From assembly GCF_003334405.1 (NCBI RefSeq), contig NZ_QOWM01000005.1: a stretch of 64,000 nt of DNA; one strand, 5' to 3'. The position numbers and the translations under genes are program-made. The notes under the pieces are model-generated. The model saw only the letters and a list, made by a program, of their open reading frames with translations, made no database searches and was not told where the DNA came from. Of this stretch, positions 56,502 through 64,000 are shown one piece after another. This DNA is from Escherichia coli. Lineage in GTDB: Bacteria; Pseudomonadota; Gammaproteobacteria; Enterobacterales; Enterobacteriaceae. Each line of letters starts with the position of its first letter. Position 1 is the stretch's first letter.

Positions 56502-58793
56502 TTGTCAGAACTACTCTCTTTCGCCCTTTTTCTCGCCTCTGTGCTGATTTACGCATGGAAAGCGGGACGTAACACCTGGTGGTTTGCAGCCACATTAACG
56601 GTGCTGGGGCTATTTGTCGTTTTAAATATCACCCTGTTTGCCAGCGACTATTTTACTGGCGATGGTATTAACGACGCGGTTCTCTATACCTTAACCAACA
56701 GCCTGACCGGTGCTGGCGTCAGCAAATACATCCTGCCGGGTATCGGCATTGTGCTGGGGCTGACAGCGGTGTTCGGTGCGCTGGGCTGGATCCTGCGCCG
56801 TCGTCGTCATCATCCGCACCATTTTGGTTACAGCCTGCTTGCGCTCTTACTGGCGCTGGGTTCAGTGGATGCCAGCCCGGCATTTCGTCAGATAACGGAA
56901 CTGGTGAAATCCCAGTCACGCGACGGCGACCCGGACTTTGCGGCTTATTATAAAGAGCCGTCGAAAACTATCCCTGACCCGAAACTCAACCTGGTTTATA
57001 TCTACGGCGAAAGTCTCGAGCGAACCTATTTTGATAACGAAGCTTTCCCGGATCTCACGCCTGAACTGGGCGCGTTGAAAAATGAAGGCCTGGATTTCAG
57101 CCACACGCAGCAGCTGCCAGGAACGGATTACACGATTGCGGGCATGGTGGCTTCTCAGTGCGGCATACCGCTGTTTGCCCCCTTTGAAGGCAACGCCTCC
57201 GCCTCTGTCTCCAGCTTCTTCCCGCAGAACATCTGTCTGGGCGATATCCTGAAAAACTCGGGTTATCAGAACTATTTCGTGCAGGGCGCGAATCTGCGTT
57301 TTGCCGGTAAAGATGTGTTCCTGAAATCGCACGGCTTCGACCACTTATACGGCTCAGAAGAGCTGAAAAGCGTGGTGGCCGACCCGCACTATCGCAACGA
57401 CTGGGGATTCTACGACGATACCGTTCTCGATGAAGCGTGGAAAAAGTTTGAAGAGCTTTCCCGCTCAGGTCAGCGATTCTCACTGTTTACCCTGACGGTC
57501 GATACCCATCACCCGGATGGTTTTATCTCGCGCACCTGTAACCGCAAAAAATATGATTTTGACGGTAAGCCTAATCAGTCATTCAGCGCGGTAAGTTGCA
57601 GCCAGGAGAACATCGCGACGTTTATCAACAAAATCAAAGCGTCACCGTGGTTTAAAGATACCGTCATCGTCGTCTCTTCTGACCATTTAGCGATGAACAA
57701 CACGGCGTGGAAATACCTCAATAAGCAGGATCGCAATAACCTGTTTTTTGTCATTCGTGGCGACAAGCCGCAGCAAGAGACGCTGGCAGTGAAGCGTAAC
57801 ACGATGGATAACGGCGCGACGGTGCTGGACATTCTCGGTGGCGATAACTATCTCGGACTTGGTCGTAGCAGTTTATCCGGGCAGTCGATGTCGGAAATCT
57901 TCCTCAATATCAAAGAGAAAACATTGGCGTGGAAGCCAGATATCATCCGCCTGTGGAAATTCCCTAAAGAGATGAAAGAGTTCACCATCGACCAGCAGAA
58001 AAACATGATTGCCTTCTCGGGTAGCCATTTCCGTTTGCCGCTGCTGTTGCGGGTTTCAGACAAACGCGTGGAACCGCTGCCGGAAAGCGAATACTCAGCA
58101 CCGCTGCGTTTCCAGCTGGCCGATTTCGCTCCACGCGACAATTTCGTCTGGGTTGACCGTTGCTACAAGATGGCACAACTCTGGGCTCCGGAACTGGCAC
58201 TTTCCACCGACTGGTGTGTCTCGCAGGGGCAGCTTGGCGGTCAGCAAATTGTTCAGCATGTTGACAAAACAACATGGAAGGGCAAAACGGCATTTAAAGA
58301 TACGGTCATCGACATGGCGCGTTACAAAGGCAATGTCGATACGCTGAAGATTGTTGATAACGATATTCGCTACAAAGCCGACAGTTTCATCTTTAACGTC
58401 GCCGGTGCGCCAGAAGAGGTGAAACAGTTTAGCGGGATTTCCCGTCCGGAGTCGTGGGGCCGCTGGTCCAACGCGCAGCTGGGCGATGAAGTAAAAATCG
58501 AGTACAAGCATCCGCTGCCGAAGAAATTTGACCTGGTGATTACCGCCAAAGCATACGGCAATAACGCCAGCCGTCCTATTCCGGTACGCGTAGGCAATGA
58601 AGAACAAACTCTTGTGCTGGGCAATGAAGTGACCACCACCACACTGCATTTCGATAACCCAACCGATGCCGACACACTGGTAATTGTGCCGCCGGAACCT
58701 GTCTCAACCAACGAAGGGAATATCCTCGGACACTCGCCGCGTAAGCTCGGGATCGGCATGGTGGAAATTAAAGTGGTAGAACGTGAAGGGTAA
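56502..58793 (+). CDS. opgB: Phosphoglycerol transferase I (osmoregulated periplasmic glucan biosynthesis), 763 aa
   Basis: Translation has N-terminal transmembrane segments followed by a sulfatase-like domain. Confidence 0.94.
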   Translation: MSELLSFALFLASVLIYAWKAGRNTWWFAATLTVLGLFVVLNITLFASDYFTGDGINDAVLYTLTNSLTGAGVSKYILPGIGIVLGLTAVFGALGWILRRRRHHPHHFGYSLLALLLALGSVDASPAFRQITELVKSQSRDGDPDFAAYYKEPSKTIPDPKLNLVYIYGESLERTYFDNEAFPDLTPELGALKNEGLDFSHTQQLPGTDYTIAGMVASQCGIPLFAPFEGNASASVSSFFPQNICLGDILKNSGYQNYFVQGANLRFAGKDVFLKSHGFDHLYGSEELKSVVADPHYRNDWGFYDDTVLDEAWKKFEELSRSGQRFSLFTLTVDTHHPDGFISRTCNRKKYDFDGKPNQSFSAVSCSQENIATFINKIKASPWFKDTVIVVSSDHLAMNNTAWKYLNKQDRNNLFFVIRGDKPQQETLAVKRNTMDNGATVLDILGGDNYLGLGRSSLSGQSMSEIFLNIKEKTLAWKPDIIRLWKFPKEMKEFTIDQQKNMIAFSGSHFRLPLLLRVSDKRVEPLPESEYSAPLRFQLADFAPRDNFVWVDRCYKMAQLWAPELALSTDWCVSQGQLGGQQIVQHVDKTTWKGKTAFKDTVIDMARYKGNVDTLKIVDNDIRYKADSFIFNVAGAPEEVKQFSGISRPESWGRWSNAQLGDEVKIEYKHPLPKKFDLVITAKAYGNNASRPIPVRVGNEEQTLVLGNEVTTTTLHFDNPTDADTLVIVPPEPVSTNEGNILGHSPRKLGIGMVEIKVVEREG

Positions 58794-58805
58794 TTCCTGA
58801 CTGAT

Positions 58806-58834
58806 GTGTAGGTCGCATAAGGTGCGACCTACAC
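58806..58834. terminator. Perfect 12-bp-stem hairpin (gtgtaggtcgca TAAGG tgcgacctacac) between convergent opgB and lgoD
   Basis: Inverted repeat read directly; no strong U-run, so it may be a REP-like stabiliser rather than a classical terminator. Confidence 0.45.
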
Positions 58835-58929
58835 ACCTTCTACGGCTTACAACACATTATTAAGAAACAAAAAAACAGCGCCCAACACTTCCCCGGACGC
58901 TGCATGGCAACTTTAATAATCTCGCCTTA

Positions 58930-59952
58930 TCAGAAAGTAATTACACCCTTAATCAAATCACGATTGTTAATCACATCGCGCTCGTAGGTTTCTGCCAGCG
59001 TGGCGAACGGATAGCGATGGGTTAACATCATGTCAGCAGTGATTTTCCCTTCCGCCATCAGTCGACCGACTTTAGCGAAATCTTCCGGCGTGGCGTTGCG
59101 GCTGCCCATCATCGTCGTTTCTTTTTTATGGAATTCCGGATCAGAGAACTGCAACTCACCTTTAAACAGGCCGACAAATACCACCGTGCCGCCGTGACGA
59201 ATCAGATTCACGGTGTTATTCATCGCATGTTGATTACCTGTCGCGTCGATCACTTTCTGCGCCAGCGAACCACCAAACTGCGCCCGCAGCTGCGCGTCAA
59301 AATCTTCGGCTGACGGGTCCAGCACGGGCAACTCCAGACGCGTTGCCACATGTTCACGGCGCGCCGGACTGGTATCCGCCACCACCACCTGTGCGCCATC
59401 GGCTTTAGCGATTGCCGCCGCGCCCAGACCGATTGGCCCCGCCCCGACCACCAGCACCTGCTCGCCGGGAGCAATGGCTGCGCGACGCACCGCATGAGCG
59501 CTAATAGCGAAAGGTTCAATCAATGCGGCCGCCTGCGGGTCAATACCGTCTGCGGGCAAAATGTTCGCCACCGGCACGCTCAAATACTCACTAAAACCGC
59601 CATCCTGATGCACGCCGATGACTGAAATTTTTTCACAGCAATTGGTACGACCGCTTTTACACGCTGGGCATTGCTGACAGGCAACATAAGGGATCACAGC
59701 AACTTGCTGACCATTTTTAAGATCAGCAATATTTTTACCCAGCCCAACAATCTCCCCACATATTTCATGGCCTAAAACCCGTGGATAACTAAAAAATGGT
59801 TGATGTCCACCCCAGGCATGAATATCGGTACCGCAAATCCCGACAGACTTAATTTTTATTAATGCTTCATTGTCACCCGGAATAGGTATCTCGCGTTGTT
59901 TCCAGACTAATTCTTTCGGCTGCTGGCAAATTAAAACATTCATCGTAGACAT
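58930..59952 (-). CDS. lgoD: L-galactonate 5-dehydrogenase (Zn-dependent MDR family); start at MSTMNVLICQQPKEL..., 340 aa
   Basis: ORF track 58930..59967 translation with Zn-ADH motifs (GHEICGEI, C-x2-C-x2-C-x7-C) and GxGxxG NAD fold. Confidence 0.92.
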   Translation of the reverse strand: MSTMNVLICQQPKELVWKQREIPIPGDNEALIKIKSVGICGTDIHAWGGHQPFFSYPRVLGHEICGEIVGLGKNIADLKNGQQVAVIPYVACQQCPACKSGRTNCCEKISVIGVHQDGGFSEYLSVPVANILPADGIDPQAAALIEPFAISAHAVRRAAIAPGEQVLVVGAGPIGLGAAAIAKADGAQVVVADTSPARREHVATRLELPVLDPSAEDFDAQLRAQFGGSLAQKVIDATGNQHAMNNTVNLIRHGGTVVFVGLFKGELQFSDPEFHKKETTMMGSRNATPEDFAKVGRLMAEGKITADMMLTHRYPFATLAETYERDVINNRDLIKGVITF

Positions 59953-60081
59953 GATTCGGCTCTCCATTTTTTGTTGCCTTAGATATCAATGAAAATGAAA
60001 AATGGCAGCGGAACGGAAAATCTGTTTTGTGAAAACACACGCATAAAAATGTTTTAAATCGGGTTTTAATGGACTCACAAG

Positions 60082-61276
<1,195 letters not shown>

Positions 61277-61378
61277 TGAGCGGTAGTAAAGTCCTAAAAC
61301 TTTAACCTGCCGTTAATGTCAACCTTGCGTAATGCACAATTACGTAAACAATTAAAATTATAAATATAGGAGTCCGGC

Positions 61379-62740
61379 GTGGAAAAAGAAAATATCACCA
61401 TCGATCCGCGTTCTTCATTTACTCCATCTTCGTCGGCAGATATTCCCGTGCCACCAGATGGATTAGTTCAACGCAGTACCCGAATTAAACGCATTCAAGC
61501 CACCGCCATGTTGTTATTATTTTTTGCGGCGGTAATCAATTATCTCGACCGCAGTTCGCTGTCGGTAGTAAATTTAACGATTCGTGAAGAATTGGGATTA
61601 AGTGCCACCGAAATCGGCGCTTTGCTCTCCGTGTTTTCACTCGCTTACGGGATTGCGCAACTTCCTTGCGGCCCACTATTGGATCGTAAAGGCCCACGCC
61701 TGATGCTGGGACTGGGGATGTTCTTCTGGTCACTGTTCCAGGCCATGTCTGGCATGGTGCACAGCTTTACGCAGTTCGTGTTGGTGCGTATTGGTATGGG
61801 GATTGGTGAAGCGCCGATGAACCCATGCGGTGTAAAAGTCATTAACGACTGGTTCAACATCAAAGAGCGCGGACGCCCGATGGGCTTTTTCAACGCAGCT
61901 TCTACCATTGGCGTTGCCGTAAGCCCACCGATTCTGGCGGCGATGATGCTGGTGATGGGCTGGCGCGGGATGTTTATTACCATTGGTGTACTGGGGATTT
62001 TTCTCGCCATCGGCTGGTATATGCTCTATCGCAACCGCGAGCACGTAGAACTGACTGCCGTTGAACAAGCTTATCTCAATGCAGGTAGCGTCAATGCCCG
62101 CCGAGATCCGCTCAGTTTTGCCGAATGGCGCAGCCTGTTCCGTAACCGCACAATGTGGGGAATGATGCTCGGATTCAGTGGCATCAACTACACTGCGTGG
62201 CTGTATCTGGCCTGGCTTCCTGGTTACCTGCAAACAGCCTATAACCTGGATTTAAAAAGCACAGGATTGATGGCGGCTATCCCTTTCCTGTTTGGGGCTG
62301 CCGGGATGCTGGTCAACGGTTACGTTACCGACTGGCTGGTCAAAGGGGGAATGGCTCCGATTAAAAGCCGTAAGATCTGCATTATTGCCGGGATGTTCTG
62401 TTCTGCCGCCTTTACGCTGGTCGTACCGCAAGCGACAACATCCATGACAGCGGTTCTGCTGATTGGCATGGCACTGTTTTGTATTCACTTTGCCGGAACA
62501 TCCTGCTGGGGCTTGATCCACGTCGCAGTTGCTTCTCGCATGACGGCGTCGGTGGGCAGTATCCAGAACTTTGCCAGCTTCATCTGCGCCTCTTTCGCGC
62601 CGATCATTACTGGTTTTATTGTTGATACCACCCATTCATTCCGTCTGGCACTAATCATCTGCGGTTGCGTCACTGCGGCGGGTGCACTGACGTACATCTT
62701 CCTGGTTCGTCAGCCGATCAACGCCCCACGGAAAGATTAA
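61379..62740 (+). CDS. lgoT: L-galactonate:H+ symporter (MFS), GTG start, 453 aa
   Basis: Translation begins MEKENITIDPRSSF...; 12-TM MFS sugar-acid transporter. Confidence 0.93.
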   Translation: MEKENITIDPRSSFTPSSSADIPVPPDGLVQRSTRIKRIQATAMLLLFFAAVINYLDRSSLSVVNLTIREELGLSATEIGALLSVFSLAYGIAQLPCGPLLDRKGPRLMLGLGMFFWSLFQAMSGMVHSFTQFVLVRIGMGIGEAPMNPCGVKVINDWFNIKERGRPMGFFNAASTIGVAVSPPILAAMMLVMGWRGMFITIGVLGIFLAIGWYMLYRNREHVELTAVEQAYLNAGSVNARRDPLSFAEWRSLFRNRTMWGMMLGFSGINYTAWLYLAWLPGYLQTAYNLDLKSTGLMAAIPFLFGAAGMLVNGYVTDWLVKGGMAPIKSRKICIIAGMFCSAAFTLVVPQATTSMTAVLLIGMALFCIHFAGTSCWGLIHVAVASRMTASVGSIQNFASFICASFAPIITGFIVDTTHSFRLALIICGCVTAAGALTYIFLVRQPINAPRKD

Positions 62741-62747
62741 TCTCCCT

Positions 62748-62782
62748 ATGCCCGATAACATTTTGCTTATCGGGCATTTTTA
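62748..62782 (+). terminator. Rho-independent terminator after lgoT (stem atgcccgataa/ttatcgggcat, then TTTT)
   Basis: Hairpin and T-run read directly in the 48-bp gap between convergent lgoT and tsr. Confidence 0.6.
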
Positions 62783-62788
62783 TGGCGA

Positions 62789-64000
62789 TTAAAACGTTTC
62801 CCAGTTCTCCCCGCTATCTGCTACGGCCATTTTACGCGGCGCAGCTGGCGTCACGGTTTTTACCACAGCCGATGTTTCACGCTGATGTTGCTGCTGTTGC
62901 TGAATCCGGAACACTGCCACAGCTTCGGTCAGGCGACTGGCCTGCTCTTCCAGCGCGGCGGCGGCGGCGGCAGATTCTTCCACCAGCGCAGCGTTCTGTT
63001 GAGTTACCCGGTCCATCTCAGCGACCGCTAAGCCAACCTGATCGATACCACGGCTCTGCTCATCAGAAGCAGAAGCTATTTCGCCCATAATGTCCGTCAC
63101 GCGGGTCACAGCACTGACAATCTCCGCCATTGTTTCCCCGGCGCTTTCGACCAGCGTAGAGCCAACATCCACTTTCCCCACCGAGTCTTCAATCAGGCTT
63201 TTAATTTCACGAGCCGCCTGGGCGCTACGCTGGGCCAGATTACGCACTTCTCCCGCAACCACCGCAAAACCGCGCCCTTGCTCACCCGCACGCGCTGCTT
63301 CAACCGCCGCGTTCAAAGCCAGAATATTGGTCTGGAAGGCAATGCCGTCAATTACGCTGATAATATCGGCGATTTTCTGCGAGCTGGTGGAGATATCGCG
63401 CATAGTCTGTACTACGTTATCCACCACTTTGCCGCCACGTTGCGCCGTTTCAGAAGCACTTAACGCCAGGTGGCTGGCCTGGCGCGCATTCTCGGCGTTC
63501 TGTTTCACCGTTGCGGTCAGTTGCTCCATGCTGGCTGCCGTCTCTTCCAGCGAAGCGGCCTGTTGCTCGGTGCGCGAAGAGAGATCGTTATTGCCGGTGG
63601 CGATTTCGCTGGCACCGCTATAAATGGCATTGGCCCCGTTGCGCACATCACCGACGGTACGCATCAGCTCTCCCTGCATATGGCGCAAACTCTCTGCCAG
63701 TTGCCCCATCTCATTAGAGCCATCCACCTCAATCGGTTTCACCAGATCGCCGCCTGCAATATGACGAATGCTGTCAATCAGGCGATTCATTGGCGCTACC
63801 AGCGAGGCTTTAATACCGAACCAGACGGCGAAGATGACCGCCAGTACGACGATCATCACGCCCACCAGAATCCACATCGCCTGGCTGTAGGAGGCATTAT
63901 TATCGCTGACGGCGATATCATAGAGCCGATCGTTTTGCTCCATGTAAGCCACATACTGCTTCTCGAAACCGTCCTGATATCCCTGGGTCGGCTGATCAAA
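62789..64000 (-). CDS. tsr: Methyl-accepting chemotaxis protein I (serine chemoreceptor), C-terminal part only; 5' end lies beyond the window
   Basis: ORF track 62789..63952 translation carries the MCP signalling domain and the C-terminal NWETF pentapeptide; the frame stays open to the window edge. Confidence 0.93.
   Translation of the reverse strand, partial: FDQPTQGYQDGFEKQYVAYMEQNDRLYDIAVSDNNASYSQAMWILVGVMIVVLAVIFAVWFGIKASLVAPMNRLIDSIRHIAGGDLVKPIEVDGSNEMGQLAESLRHMQGELMRTVGDVRNGANAIYSGASEIATGNNDLSSRTEQQAASLEETAASMEQLTATVKQNAENARQASHLALSASETAQRGGKVVDNVVQTMRDISTSSQKIADIISVIDGIAFQTNILALNAAVEAARAGEQGRGFAVVAGEVRNLAQRSAQAAREIKSLIEDSVGKVDVGSTLVESAGETMAEIVSAVTRVTDIMGEIASASDEQSRGIDQVGLAVAEMDRVTQQNAALVEESAAAAAALEEQASRLTEAVAVFRIQQQQQHQRETSAVVKTVTPAAPRKMAVADSGENWETF

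Noticed and set aside
61337-61353. Imperfect palindrome caaTTACGTAAacaatt upstream of lgoT as a possible residual regulator operator
   Set aside because: Only the central 8 bp is palindromic and I cannot tie it to a binding consensus without comparison data; noted in passing only.

Overview
This window is a contiguous stretch of Escherichia coli core chromosome, in reverse-complement orientation relative to the K-12 reference as I recall it. It runs dnaJ-dnaK, yaaI/yaaW/satP/mog/talB/yaaJ/yaaA/yaaX, the thr operon (thrCBA, thrL), across the reference coordinate origin into lasT/yjjY/arcA, then creDCBA, rob, gpmB, yjjX, trpR, slt, ettA, nadR, radA, serB, ytjB, lplA, deoDBAC, yjjI/yjjW, yjjV/yjjU, ytjA, osmY, prfC, yjjG, rimI, holD, rsmC, one tRNA-Leu, yjjZ, fhuF, bglJ/yjjQ, yjjP/yjjB, dnaT/dnaC, yjjA, opgB, lgoD, an IS5 copy, lgoT and the 3' part of tsr. 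Gene identities rest on recognisable protein sequences in the supplied ORF track; several starts were moved to internal ATG/GTG/TTG codons that give the lengths I recall for K-12. I found no CRISPR array, prophage, integrase, defence-like operon or other convincing undescribed system; this is mostly an ordinary, well-characterised region. The points worth a second look are strain-level structural differences that I can only compare against memory of K-12: an IS5 sitting where the lgoR regulator is expected, with no target-site duplication; a small HTH ORF plus direct repeats where yjjJ is expected between lplA and deoD; and a single tRNA-Leu where K-12 has three tandem copies. I also flag the poorly characterised yjjI/yjjW glycyl-radical enzyme pair, whose coding region carries two DeoR operator-like palindromes. 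All coordinates for non-ORF features were counted by hand and may be off by a base or two; no database search or alignment was run.
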